DNA of 64,000 nucleotides from Selaginella moellendorffii (GCF_000143415.4 NW_003314289.1:499579-563578); one strand, 5' to 3'; positions 11,902 to 25,765 are shown, counted from the stretch's first letter. Numbers and translations: made by a program. Notes: a model not told the origin generated them from the sequence alone.

Positions 11902-13211
11902 ATGGGTGCTGTGGAGCACAGGGCATACGCGCGCATTGGCCTGCTGGGGAATCCGAGCGATGGCTACTACGGCCGCACAATTGCGCTCGCGATCTCGAAT
12001 TTCTGGGCGACGGTGTCGCTCCAGCCGTCGGATTTGCTCGCGCTTGTGCCGCATTCCCACCACGATCTCTGCCGCTTCAGCTCCATCCAGGATCTGGTGA
12101 GTGGGGATCGCGTCTGAGCTCCAATGTCAGGATTGATTGGAAAATATTTCCAGGTAGGGAGAGTCCAGAGCGAGGGATATTACGGTGGTGTCCGGCTTCT
12201 CACCGCCGCTTGCAAGACATTCCATAGCTATTGCTCGTCTCATGGAATTGATCTACACGATGGAAATTTCACTCTTTCCTATGATACCAACATTCCTCGT
12301 CAGGTGCTAAAATTCTAGAACTTTTTGTTTTTTTTTTTCTTCTCGAGCTCTATCACTTTGTGTTGCTAGGCAGGCTTATCTGGATCTAGTGCTCTCGTGT
12401 GCGCTACCATGAATTGCCTCATGGATTTTTACAACGTCCGCGATCGCATCCCAGTAGAGGACCGACCGAAAATTGTTCTCAGTGCCGAACTCGAGCTCGG
12501 GATCACGGCTGGTTGCAAGACAGAGTAGCACAAGTCTATGGAGGCCTAGTTTATATGGTTCGTGGCTCTCACTTTTTTATCCTCTCTCTTTTGAAGTTTA
12601 TAGAGCAACTTTGGTTCAGGACTTTGACGAGGAACACATGCTGAGAACTGGGAATGGGATTTACAAGCGAATGGATCCTCAACTCCTGCCTCCACTGTAC
12701 GTAATCTACGCACAAAACCCGAGCGACTCTGGCAAAGTTCGTTTTTTGGAAACCATCCACGCGGTTGCTAATGATTTTCTTCCGTTGGTGTAGGTCCATA
12801 GCACGGTGAAGCAGCGATGGCTGGATGGCGATCTGACCGTGAGAACAAAGATGAGGGAAGTAGCGGAGCTGGCTCTCCGAGGCAAACAGGCTTTGCTGGA
12901 AGGAAATCACTCGTTACTGGCCGAGCTTATGGATCGCAACTTTGACCTGCGAAGGTAATGAGAATTGTTTCGAGGTGTCAACCAAAGTAACTCCTTTCAC
13001 CAGAGAAATGTTTGGGGACGATGCGCTTGGAGCTCTGAATATCCAGATGGTTGAGACGGCACGAAGCGTCGGAGCGGCATGCAAATTCACTGGCAGCGGC
13101 GGAGCAGTAGTGGCGTTTTGTCCTGAAGGATCTGTCCAAGCTCAAAAGCTCCAAGAAGCTTGCAGCGCTTCTGGGCTTTCTATAGAGCTTGTGCAAGTTG
13201 CGGCGAGGTGA
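11902..13211 (+). CDS. GLCAK: Glucuronokinase (GHMP kinase family), 6 exons; 1-nt frameshift in exon 3 as assembled
   Basis: Motifs [33 protein letters not shown]|[28 protein letters not shown]|VHS and [10 protein letters not shown] match plant glucuronokinase. ggttgcaa at 12511-12518 lacks one T. Confidence 0.9.
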
Positions 13212-13404
13212 CTCCAGAATGCTGGACTTATTTGAATACAAATGGCAGGAGCTCTTGTGATTTTCAAGTATCCCGTGCAAAGTCTTAACATGCTCATTGA
13301 TTAAACTTTATAAACCATAGCGCATGGAAATAGAACGTGCAAGAAGAAGGTTGAAGATTGGAGATGAGTGGAGAGTGAGTGTGAGGGAGAGGCAAAGTAG
13401 ATTA

Positions 13405-13665
13405 GGGTCCATTAGATTGCCACTCCATTATCGTCACCTCAATTCTCTTATCAAACAGGAGTGATGCCCAGTAGTATTTCCTCATGAAGGCACCACTGTA
13501 TTCAAAAGGCCAGTTTGCCCAGCTCTCATCTTCTTGTTTGTTACATGACGTGAGACTATACTCTGGGATTGTAAGCTGAGATATGTTCTTCCCAATGTGG
13601 AAGAAAGTACTACCTTCTAGATGAGTTTGGAACATTGGGCATATGTGCCAAGAACATGAATTGGA
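13405..13665 (-). pseudogene. Degenerate fragment of the F-box gene at 22109-23421
   Basis: Translation QEDESWANWPFEYSGAFM..YYWASLLFD matches the intact paralogue. Confidence 0.8.
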
Positions 13666-13769
13666 ATAAGATCAGTGAGAAGATTCATAGGTTAAATTAT
13701 CCTTAATCAGATTTGAGGAATAAAGTGAAATTTTTTTCATTCCATATAAAGTGAAAAACTCTTTAAAAT

Positions 13770-14015
13770 GATTACGTTGCATGTATAGCAGTGTTATTCT
13801 TACTTATTAATGCAAAATAAAATTTTATAATTATAAACATGTTTATAATTTATAAACACAAGATTAATCTTATTGTATATGGTAGAATAAAAAAGAATAT
13901 ACTAGAAAGTGATTAATAAAGTTTATAAATTATAAACATGTTTATAGATTATAAATACAAGATTAATCTAAATGAATAACAAAGAAATCTAAGCATATTC
14001 TATGTATATCCACTA
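13770..14015 (+). repeat. AT-rich dispersed repeat, copy 2
   Basis: Shares ttataaacatgtttatagattataaatacaagattaatctaaatgaataac with 8620-8669. Confidence 0.75.
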
Positions 14016-14856
14016 CCATCCTCTTATAGGTTTGCTTAAGAAAACCAAAAAGTATGAAAAAAAACTAATACATTAAAATGGATTTACTCAAAAGGTTAAA
14101 ATAATTATCTTTGGGTAATTGCTTTATCTGTAATATCACAATTTTGTAAAAGCTAATGTCAAACATTAAGCATGTTCTTGCACAAACTTCCACTCATTGG
14201 TGACCACTAAAGTCATTGAATCAGTGTGTTCCATAGCATCCCACGAAGCACAAACCTAATGGTCCAAATGGAAGACTACATCACAACCATAGCTTGCTAT
14301 AATTCTCTAACTTCATGCAAAAGTTATAATGTGATGATATTTCTGAAGAGCATTAGGATGAATCCTAAGTACAAAAGTAACCTGATTATGTGTTATAGAG
14401 GCAGTGACTAAGCTACTAACACTCCCACTCAGTCTGGGATTGGACTCACTGCTTGGGTGTTGCACAGTCTCCAGTAGCTGGATCTACATATAAGCTGCAT
14501 ATTTCCACTAGAGTACCTCCATTAGCTGGATAATTGAAAACTCCATTGTCTGGATTTATTTTTTGGGCAAGAGTTAAAGGTTGTTGTGATCAGCAATAAA
14601 CTTTTTGGGAGCCAACACCTTTATGGGCAAATCAATTAGCTGCTCATAAGTGGTGCAAAACTGGAGAACAATCATGTATTGTGATATTAATGTTAAATAT
14701 GCTTCATCCTACCATGAAACTTAGTCGTCTTGGTCAGAGAAATAGTGGTGATATTACCACAGTAAAGCAGAGTCAGGAAAAGCCAAGGGTAGCCATACTA
14801 CCCAAAACATTAAGTCATATTCAAGGTATATCCACTACTATATCAATTACCAATGG

Positions 14857-17101
14857 TTACATAATTTCAAACCGTTTAAGTATTCTCTCCCATCTCTTGT
14901 TGAAAAAAACTGCACAGCTCCATGCAAGGAATGAAACAACAGCAGCAACAATACCAGCTAACATGCTTACATCTTCATCATCATCCTCGTCACCAGAATG
15001 ATTGTCTAAATTATAATCATTACCATGACATTCTGCAAGCGGGATGCCACATAGTCCTGGATTTCCTTCGTAGCTGCTCGCAGGGAAAGTTGGAAGCTGC
15101 CCACTCTGTGGAATCCCACCAAGAAGCTTGTTGTGTGAGATGTTGAAGTATTTCAGAAAGGTGAGGTTGGTGAGCGAGCCCGGGATGTGTGATTCGAGCT
15201 GGTTGTATGAGAGATCTAGCCACTCCAGTTCCTTGAGATTGCCAACTGTGGAGGGAACAGCCCCTGTGAGTAAGTTGTGTGCAAGATTCAGCGAATATAA
15301 ATTTTGCATAGCACCAAACTCTGCTGGGATTGTTCCTGTGAAGCTGTTGAACGAGAGATCGATACACCAAGGGCTGACTCCCTGAGTATTACTTGATATT
15401 AAATAAATGTTGAAACCGGGAGGTGACAGGAAGTACCAAGTTTGGCATCTGGTTGCAATCGGAAGCTGCTGGAACTCATGGAAACGGATTCCTTGCAGTA
15501 TAAACACCTCATTGTAACCTTTGCAGATGGATGGCTGTACGTTGAACAACAGTACCATCAAATAGGGGTACTTTATATCATACTGGTCTTCTTTAACGGA
15601 GCAGCCGATCCAGCTTGGGATTGGTCCCGCCAACTGGTTGTCGTTCACTGCAAGATGAATTAAACTGTTGGTGTTCCTTAACTCGCCTGGTAGACCACCT
15701 TGAAGCTTGTTATGGCCTAGTAGAAGACCTCGAATGTTCTGCATCTTTGCAAGAGATGCCGGGATTTCTCCAGATAGCATATTGTTGTTAAGAACCAGCA
15801 AGGACAGATTCTTCAGGCGAGATATCTCCTCCGGTATAACACCTGTAAGATTGTTGTGACTGAGATGCAAGGTCACCAGCTCACTGCACTCGTCGATTGT
15901 CGCTGGTATCCTGCCTTCAAGATTGTTACCCCAAAGGATCAGATGTTGAAGCTTTGAAAGTCTGCTGCATATATTCCCTGGAAGCGACCCTGTCACAAAA
16001 TTGATACTCAGATCGAGCATCTTTAAATTGCTACAGTTCATGGCCAAGTTTAAAACCGGACCACGCAACCTGTTGTATACCAACACCAAAGACTGAAGTT
16101 TAGACTTTGAAAGGCAGATGTTTGTGTTGCTACTACTGAATTTGTTGCAGCTCAAGTCTAGAGCTTCAAGAGTTGGAGGAACTGTAGGTATTTCACCTGT
16201 AAAACTATTGTGGTCGGCTTGAAGAACCTCCAGGGACTTGAAAACCTGAGGTAAACTTCGATTGCCAAATACCGAGAGAAATGGTCCAGAGAATTGATTG
16301 TCTGACAGGTTGAGCACCTTCAAAGCATCACAATCCTTCCAAAAAACAGTTTCAGAAATATTGTTAAAAGAAACATCCAACTCCTGCAGACTAGTACACT
16401 GCTCAAGCCGAAAGGTTGTTATGAAGTTGGACGAAGCGTTAAGCTTCTGAAGTCTTCTGCAGTTTTTGGACATATTTTCAGGGATCCCTCCAACCAGCTG
16501 ATTGCTCGAGACATCTAGAAACTTCAAGCTCTTGCATGATAAAAAGAAAGAAGAAGGTATTGAACCACTTATTCTGTTGTAGGATAGGTCGACAGAAACC
16601 ATGGAGTTCCCAATCGATAATTTCACTGAAATTTTTCGTAACTTGTTGTGTGAGAGGTTCAAAATCCTGATGCCTTTGCATGTAACCAAACGAGAAAGAG
16701 TGTCGAGAAAATCCCCAGTGAAATGGTTCCCTGACAAGTCAAGGACCTCCAGAGAGCATTCTTGCGAGGAGGATACTTTGATCTCTGTGAAATTATTCCC
16801 AGAAACAGACAAGTTGCGTAGTTGAGGCAGGGCTTGGATTTGTATAAAACGGAAGAGGGCCTGAAAGTGAGAGATAATTGAGCTGTATACCAGATATCTG
16901 GCCTGCTTAGGAACAATTGATACCAATCCATTGACAAACGTCTGATTCTCTGTTCCAGCTATTCAGTGACGACAGAGGATCATCCATAGATTTCTTAAAG
17001 CTCAAGAGTGCTTCAGTCTCTAAATCTGCAGCATCTGCATGACCATGAAAAACAAGCCTGATAGCAAGTAGGAAAACAGCAAGTAACCTCCATGGATCCA
17101 T
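14857..17101 (-). pseudogene. LRR receptor-like protein (signal peptide, LRRs with island, TM, short tail, no kinase); one premature stop and one frameshift near the N-terminus
   Basis: Plant LRR consensus repeats, GNPGLCG cap, acidic juxtamembrane region and a TM segment. In-frame TAA at 16907-16909 (NCS*AGQISGIQL) and one extra base in the A4 run at 16846-16849. Confidence 0.85.
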
Positions 17102-18049
17102 TCGAATGCAACAGCAGAAATGCTTACAGATGGTTCAAGTCCTTACCATCATATACTGCACGAAATTCCAGCAGGTCAGTCATGGGGCCATACTCTCCAG
17201 ATTTTTATTTCCGCGTGTCTGACGATTGTTCTTTGAAAGCACTTCGCCAAAATGAGTCCTGGCTGTAAACACATATCTTGAGCTTTTTCTTGTCCTGCTT
17301 GACTGCAGGAGTGACTTCATGGGAGAGAATGTGGCCACGGCCACATGACTTTGATCCTGCAGTCAAAGTCAAAGCACTGAAAGAGACAAGGAAATTTAGA
17401 GATTGCAAAGACCATGACTTGACGATCACGGACTCTGCTTTTCCCAATGAGCTTGTGGAATGCACCTTTATCAATGGTGCCTTGTTAATAATCACTTCAA
17501 TCATAGTTTGCAAAGAGTTCTTGACATTCTTGGTGAAGGTGGCCAAGCCTAAAGCAGAGATGACCGTCCACATGGGCTTTTATACAAATATTCTCTAAAT
17601 CTCTTGCTCTCTCTCTAGTGGCTGATGGCTTATAGATGTGGCTTGCATCCCAATGGCTCATGGATATAACTCACATCCCAACAAGTGACCACAATGGATC
17701 AAGCATGTTTGTCATGTGAAGAGAACCTAGCGGCCTTTAAATGTTTAATGCAATGCCCATGTTAAGAAATTGGAGAAACCAAAATAAAAGAAAAGGAAGA
17801 GGGATAGAGTTTGGAGTTATAATAAAAACCACATAGGGAAAACTATGAGTGCAAACTGAACCCAAGTCCAAAAAGAAAAAGAGGAGAAGACCAAATAAAA
17901 TAGCGTGAAAAGTATGAAGTGATCAATGGGAAGAGAAACATAGAGAAGGAATAAGAACTAAAATAAGAGGAACAAATGCTCACTTGGATCACAGTCTCGT
18001 GCGTTCTTGAGCCTTCAGAAAGTTCCTCCAAGTTGCCCAAGCTTACAAT

Positions 18050-20620
18050 GGAAATACAAGAGAGATGTGTGCTCGGAAGTTGTATGAGAGAAAGCTGTAA
18101 ATGGTGGGAAAAGGTAGTGGAAGGGACTACAGATGTTAGGACTAACAGTGGTGATGTTGAAATGTTTTGTGCATGTGAACTATTGTTGCAAATAATGGTT
18201 GCTCCTTTTTGGTGCTAAAGAATGAGATGGCAGGTACACCATCCGTCCACCATGTTTGGGTTCCTGTGTGTGCATCAAATCCAACCGGCTAGGAAAAATT
18301 AGATTTTGAAGTCGAGATTTATTGTGTTTATTCATTTTCGCTGGTCCACTTGGTAATTTAACTTTGGCATGTTTATACATTGTCCTGAATGCCCAAAGTG
18401 CTCTTGTTGCTGGATTCAGCCTACTCATTGGATTGAGGAAAATAGCTGTTGCTACGAACATGTTGAATCTTTAACAGCTAGAAAGAGATCCTCCACTGTT
18501 AGAGATGAGCTCTGTGGGGATGCTGAAGTGACACATGATATGCTCATAGATGAACTTCGTTGTTGTGTACTGATCTACACATCTGAGGGGAACGGCCTCA
18601 ATCCAGTAGTTTGTCACAATGAAGAGGAAGACGTGGGACACTGCTCCTAGGGTTGTGTTGTTGGCATTGTAGACACTATTGTGCATACTCCTTGGTGTCC
18701 TTGAGGATTGTTGGCTAGAAGTAGCCATGTCGAAAGAGTTGTGCTGTCATGCAGCCAGAAAAGTGCCCGACACAAGAACCTGGAGCAAAGCAGAAATCTC
18801 AGTCGCTGTGACACATTGGAGAAGAAGGCCTTGAGCAGTATGATGTGTCAGGGCCTTCTTCTCCATCATACTGCTCTGACACATGGAGGAGGAGGCATTG
18901 AGGACAATAGTCTCGAGTCTGCCACTGCAAAGATTGTTGTTCCAAGTGTGGGAGGTCTGATGGAGAAGTGCTTAACTCCAAATACTTTGCCATATTCTCC
19001 AGAGCTGCTGGCACCACAAACGTTGTCACAGCAATTGTGAACTGACTAAGATCGAGTTGGTGCTGAGTTGAAGCTGTTCAAATGCTTACTGCTATTTCTC
19101 AGTCCACTTATAGGGGGTGTTGTGTTTGAGCAGAGCTACTAGTGGATGAGTGAGAGCAGCAAAATCTAGTATGAACCATGGAAAGAATCCAATCTAGCCA
19201 AGGTAACTCTGAAGTTGTTTGAGGTTTTCACCTCAAGGATCTGTTTGCACTTGGTGACATGTGCCTTCCAATGAGACATCAAAATTGAGAAGACAGCTTT
19301 CAGTGACAACGAACTTGCACTTGGCTGGATTCAGTGAAAAATGGTGCTATTGGCAACCTGTAAAGATCTTCTCTAGGTGGTGAAGATGTTCATCATAGTT
19401 TTTTTAAGAGGTCATCCATGTGTACAGGGAGAGAACTTCCAATCAAGTTGTGGAAGGTGTATGTCATGAAGCGCTGAAAGTTGCCTTGGCATTGTATAAA
19501 CCAAACGGTAGGATGTTGTAGGCAAATACTCCATATGGTGTGCAAAAAGCAGTGAGCTTATTGTCTTCTGGATGAATTGGAAGCTGGTTGTAACCTGAGA
19601 AATCATCCATGAAAGAGTAAAAATGATGTCCTGCCATCTCATCCACAATCCTATCTAAGAAGGGTGTTAGGAAATGATCTCGCATAGTGACATTATTGAG
19701 AGCCTGGTAGTCAACGTGAAGACAGAGCTTGCTATTGGCTTTACATATTGGGACAACATTGGAAATCCATGTAGAATGTTCCAATGGGTAGATGAAATCA
19801 GTAGGATGAAACGGTAGGATGTTGTAGGCAAATACTCCGTATGGTGTGCAAAAAGCAGTGAGCTTATTGTCTTCTGGGTGAATTGGAAACTGGTTGTAGC
19901 CTGAGAAATCATCCATAAAAGAGTAAAAATGATGTCCTGCCATCTCATCCACAATCCTATCTAGGAAGGGTGTTGGGAGATGATCTCGCATAGTGACATT
20001 ATTGAGAGCCTGGTAGTCAACGTGAAGACAGAGCTTGCTATTGGCTTTACATATTGGGACAACATTGGAAATCCATGTAGAATGTTCCAATGGGTAGATG
20101 AAATCAGTAGGATGAAACGGTAGGATGTTGCAGGCAAATACTCCGTATGGTGTGCAAAAAGCAGTGAGCTTATTGTCTTCTGGGTGAATTGGAAGCTGGT
20201 TGTAGCCTGAGAAATCATCCATAAAAGAGTAAAAATGATGTCCTGCCATCTCATCCACAATCCTATCTAGGAGGGTGTTGGGAGATGATCTCGCATAGTG
20301 ACATTATTGAGAGCCTGGTAGTCAACGTGAAGACAGAGCTTGCTATTGGCTTTACATATTGGGACAACATTGGAAATCCATGCAGAGGTAGATGAAATCA
20401 GCTGCTAGCAGTTTTTGCACTTTGAGTTTAATCGCTGGTAGTAGAGACTTGTTGAGGTGGCGTTGCTTTTGGCATATTGGCTTGGCACCTAGAACCAACG
20501 TGATTCCATCGGCATGCCTGGAAGTTGTGATAGAAGAACATCTTTGAAACATTGGAGGAGAGACACCAACCTAGCTGCGTCTATGCTCCAAAACAGGTTG
20601 GATCTTTATCTCCCTCGAGG
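18050..20620 (-). mobile_element. Degenerate Ty3/gypsy pol (RT, RNase H, integrase)
   Basis: RT motifs SFMDDFSGYNQLPIHPEDNKLTAFCTPYG; integrase-like WIEAVPL...KFIYEHIMCHFSIPTELISN. Confidence 0.85.
19503..20400 (-). repeat. Three tandem copies of a 306-bp RT segment
   Basis: aaacggtaggatgttg recurs at 19503, 19809 and 20115. The ORF 19464-20258 repeats a 102-aa unit. Confidence 0.92.
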
Positions 20621-21760
20621 AAGATCTCTTTGCACCTAGGATCTGGTCTTTGTGCTGATTGTTGAGCACTATTTGGTATGTCCAAACTCGTCACAAAAAT
20701 TGATTAGAGATGTGTTTCATGTTGCATGTTAAAACTGGATAGTTTATTGGCCCAAAAATTCTCCACTTATGGGATATAGATGAAATGAATTTCATGAAAA
20801 GCTTCCCTTAAAGCTATGGTGCCACAAGTCCCTAATGTGTTCTGTGCACACAAGGAGCCTGGGTATGTTTTGAGTTCATGAGCTCACCTAACAACTTCTC
20901 AAATACTAGAAAAACATTATTTTGTTCTAAACTATGGTTCAACAATTCCATGCATTGAATTACTTTGGCCTATAGATCTAATGGAACCATATAGAAGTGT
21001 TTAAAGAAGTTCTGTATTGACATTTTTTCATCTTTCAAAAAATGATTTAATCTATATTTTATTTTGACTAATAAAAGACAAATATAAATATAGATTCGAA
21101 CATCAAAAGCAATCTAAAAACGATTCTAAAACTTTGGAAGTGTAAAGCTTGTCTAGTGGATGTGATAATCGATCTTAGAATCTTTGTTTAGTTCCCACAT
21201 AAAAATAATAGGTGTGCTTACAAGTTAAATATACTTTTCCCCTATTCTCCTTTTGTGTAAAATTTAGATAGGTATAGGAATGTTTTCTATCACACACATG
21301 TAGTATACTAGCTTTAAAACAGGTTATACATTTTTTTAAAGATTAATACATCATAAAAATGAATTCTACAAAGCCCAAACAATCATTAACACTTCAAAAG
21401 ATTGCACTTTAAATCAGAAGAATTATATATTAATCATAATTACATTTGATTTCAACATAATTTTCTTATTGACTTTAGACAAAGCCTATGCTTGTTGTTC
21501 AAACATCATTACCAATGATTTTGTAGACTGCCAGTTTAGTTATTTACATCATGTTCGTCGATATAAGTACATTGGATCTGTTGAGGATTTCAAGCAACTT
21601 AAGCCAAAAGGTTGAATTAAAGAATGTTTATAAAATTTTTTTGATTGAAGAATATTCATTACACTGCTAAAAACAGGCTTTAAAAATGACTTCTTTTAAC
21701 CCTAACCCAAGCCTTGAACATCTCCTATATTATTTAAATTTCTTTGAACAATTTTACAAG

Positions 21761-21955
21761 ATGCTAGTTTGTTTTCTTCTGATAATTCCTCTACTTTAAC
21801 ACTACTAATAAATTTTGTGATCAGCAGGATAGAGTCTCCACTGGTAAGATGTATGGGAAGCTTAGTGGTAAAAACAAAAGTGTAAATATCAAGGTGATTG
21901 TATGAAAATCAACCAAGCAATGGGATTTGAGGGTGGATGCTGCTACTTGAGCTGA
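21761..21955 (+). pseudogene. Pseudogene of the Cys-rich peptide at 4683-4937
   Basis: ctggtaagatgtatgggaagcttagtgg...gagggtggatgctgctacttgagctga is shared, with several deletions. The 3' flank is also homologous. Confidence 0.85.
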
Positions 21956-22108
21956 ATCACTTAAGAGCCATTGACATTCATTTTACTATCAAGATGCAAG
22001 AAATTTGATATGTTCTTTATATCAGCTAAATTACAGAATGCTAGTAGTTTTTGCATCACAGGATCTTTTTAACATTTTTAAGCCATCACTAATAAAAAGT
22101 TAGGCCTG

Positions 22109-23421
22109 TTAAGGCTTGGCAGACAGGCTGGGTAGCAGCACATAGCTGCACTCAATATCCTCGTTGTCCATGCAACAAGTATACCACTTGGACAGAGAAA
22201 AGTCGTATGCAACAGGAGGCCACACCCCATGGCTTTCCTTCCTGTAGAAAGCCGAGATGAAGACAGTGTCCTCGACCAACCTCACTGTCATATCCTTGTC
22301 CCCGACTGACAAGCAACAACTTGGTCCAAACAGGTCCTTCGACAGAACCCGGGACACCAACACCCACGTTGAGTTTTCCTGTTTCATCTCCCAGATTGCC
22401 ACTCCAATGTCTTCACCCCACTTCTCTGGATCGAACAGGAGCGATGCCCAGTAGCATTTCCCCTTGTACATGAAGGCGCCGATGTATCCAAAAGACCAGT
22501 TCGCCCAACTCTCGTCTTCCTGTTCTTGTTCGTTACGTGCCGGTGGCGAGATAGCCACGTGAGACCAAGCTCTGGAATGTGGATCGTAAGCCGGGAATAT
22601 GTTCTCCCCAGTGTAGAAGAAAGCACAGCCTCGTAGAGGTGATCCCAACGAGTTTGACGCGCTGAAGAACGGGCCTTCATGCCAAGAACATGAATCTGTG
22701 TCATACTGCAGCGAGAAGATTCGACCATCATCGTCATCTTGTGCCGGGGCTTCCTCAGGAGTGATCTTCTGGTACAGTATCACAATCTGGTAAGAGCCAG
22801 TGACGACATCTGTTTCCATGGCGATGTAGAGATAAGCCGGGCGTGGACGATCCGCGGAAGCAATTGGAGCAGGAGGAAGTGCCTTCCACACATTGGTGAT
22901 TGGATTCCCCACAGCAAAAGTCATCGAGTCGATGTGTTCCATGAGCATCCCACACACGAGCCCGTTTGAAGAACACAAGCCCACGAAGCGCGAACCCGAT
23001 GGGCCTAATGGGAGACTGCATCTCTTACGCTGGAAGCGGTGTGGACGCCATAGCTCGCTGTGATTCTCCAGCTTCATGCCATAGTCAAAATGCTCCTCAT
23101 CGTAACGAAGCTCCCTACAGAGACACTTGCTTCCATGATCACGCTGAGAGAACTAAGAGGGACTTACCAGTCGGCAGGGAGACTCGTCCTCACCCTGAGC
23201 ACGGCCCACGGTTCCAGCGGTGGCTTGTACAGCTCAATGAAACGAGGAGAGAGCACAGCATCATACCAGGACTTGCACACAGCCCGCAATGAGAACAAGT
23301 CTGGGAGATCTAGCAAGCTGAAGATGTGGAGCACGAGCGATGGCTCTGTGACGCGCTCGAAATTGCCACAGCGACCTTCGTCCTGATCAAAGGCGCCCCA
23401 TCTCCCCATTTTCTCACTCAT
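22109..23421 (-). CDS. F-box protein with F-box-associated beta-propeller-like C-terminus (419 aa, 2 exons; intron 23115-23167)
   Basis: F-box motif LVLHIFSLLDLPDLFSLRAVCKSW and typical SSNGLVC...VGNPITNVWKALPP. The GT-AG intron joins the two ORFs in frame (DW|ELRYDEE). Confidence 0.88.
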
Positions 23422-23628
23422 AGCCAGCGCACTGATAGAGCTTTAAAACACGCCTTATTCTACGTGGAAAAGAGTGGATTCGTTGCTTGCTTAGGTGGGA
23501 CAAGGTATCCCAAGAGCTCTAAACGCGCATTTGCAAGACCACTTGTAAGGATCCGTACGGCCTTTCCTCGCAAATTCCACTATCTGGAAACACGAGTTTT
23601 GATCAACAAAATAGAGATGCATGCTTAT

Positions 23629-25765
23629 TCAGTCTTTAAGCGTCAGTTGCATTTTCACTGGTGACACGTCCGGAACTTGAGACACGATCTCATGCTCGAT
23701 GTCTTTGGCTCTCTGGACAGCATCCCTACATATCCAAGAACAAACTCAGTCACAAAATCAAGCTTTTACTTGCCTGATGAGCATATCGGGTGTCATGGAG
23801 ACTTCCACCTGTGCGACCACTCTCCCTTTGAGAAAATGGCAAGTAACATGTTTAAGGGTCACATCCTTCACGATTTATATAAAGGTCAGCGAGGATAAAA
23901 AAGAAAACCAAGTAGCTCCTTACCTGAAACTTGGATGACAAAACATTACGTATGTCTTTCTCCACAGATGGCTGCAAACGTGAGCATTTATCATTTGTAT
24001 CGCTCTCTGCTACCGTCGACGTTTCTTGAGTCGACGCAGCTTCTTCATCTTCAGCTTCATCCACTTTCCAGTCTTTTGCAGGATCTACATAATACGAACT
24101 TGTGAGAAATCCTAGCAAAAGCGTATAGAAAATCTTACCAATGTGGACGTAACTCTCTGCGACCTCCGGATGATACTCGTGGATACGACGCCGCACGGCT
24201 TCACCAATGTTGTGTGCTGCACTGACACTTAGCCAAGGGTCTACCTGTTAGTCCGTTTGTCACTCACTAATAGTTTAAGATTTGTATTCAGCTTACCTCA
24301 ATGTGAGCATCAATGTAGACATAAGAACCGGCACGTCGCCCTCTTAGATCATGGCAGTTCTGGAACCTCAAGATAGATCTTTGGCTATTTCTTTCCCAAA
24401 TGTTTACGTACCTGGACGCCCTCGACTTGCAAAACGCTTTCTCGAATGGGTGCCAGAACTGACTCTGAAACTCCTTTATCCACTAGTTCCTGGAGACTAG
24501 GAAAAAAGAAAATTTATTCAGAAGAATAATTCTTGAAGGGTAATTCTATATTCTATCGTCACCTGTGATATCCAGTTCCGATTCCAGCTTTCACGATCAT
24601 ACCGGAGACAACTATCCCGGCAGCAGGATCCAGCCATGGTACTCCAATCATAGTTCCACCTGACATAAACCATACCATCAAGAGACACGTCCTTAAGAAA
24701 CTATAGAAATTTACCGACTCCTATGAGAGCAACAATGGACGAGATCGCGTCACTTCGGTGGTGCCAAGCATTGGCTTTTAGAAGTTGACTCCCTTGAGTC
24801 TCGCCAACTCTTTTAGTTGCCCAGTAGAGTCTACAAGAGAAAGCCATCGTTACGAAAAGAAAGACGGAGGGTAGTAGCGAACTAACCCTTCTTTCACACC
24901 GATTGACGTCACAGCAGCACTCAAAGCCAGTTGCAAGTGCTCCGAGTCCAGTCCGTGGTGATGATGGCCAGAGGAACCGTGATCGTCCTCATGGTGATCG
25001 GAAGAATTCTTGCTCAAAAAGTCCAAACCGGTGGTCATATCAGCAGTGGACAGAACAGACTTGACAAGAAAAGAAGAAAGTGTCAAACCTCTAAACTTAT
25101 CGATGGAAGAAAGAAAAGAAAAACCTGTATCACTTCGACTGCATGCCAAGCAATGCCACAACCGGTGAGAAGAAGCATCCCAGAGATTCCCAGCGCACCA
25201 AGCGTCTCAAATTTTCCATGACCTGCATGCTGGAGAGTCACGAATAAAGGAGAACAAAGAAGAAGAAAAAAGGAAGAGAAGAAGAACACAAGAGTATGAA
25301 ATTCTAAGCACAAGAACGTACCGTAAGGATGCTCCTTGTCTCTGGGAATTCTTCCAGCTTTTATGGACAGTAGCGCGACAGCGCTGAGAACCTGTTAGAA
25401 AACTTTAGAACGATTCTAGAAAAAAACAGGAGATCTATACTAACAATGTCCGAGAAGGAATGCGCGGCATCGGCCACAAGCGCAGTGCTTCCAGAGAGAT
25501 ATCCAGCGGAGCCCTTGAGCACTGCGAGGGAGGCATCAGCTAACAGGCCAATTCGAGCAATGTGCTCCCCTGCTTTGCTTCTGGCATCGCCCACAGCCGC
25601 GCCCTTGTGGTGGTGATGATGCGCGTGGCCCATATGCGTCCTCGCGCCAGCCGGAGCAACCGAAATGCCGCCATCAGAATCGTCCCTGTCCGCCTTGCAG
25701 ATGAAATCCAGGGGCCGCAACCGCGTGATCGGCAGCCGGAGCTTCCTTCTGCAGAGAGGCGACAT
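23629..25765 (-). CDS. MTP6: Metal tolerance protein, cation diffusion facilitator (MTP6/MTPc1-like), 11 exons
   Basis: CDF signatures ADAAHSFSD, HPYGHGKFE, NAWHHRSDA, LRGRRAG and HNIGE. All exons splice in frame; the last intron (23726-23773) is GC-AG. Confidence 0.9.
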
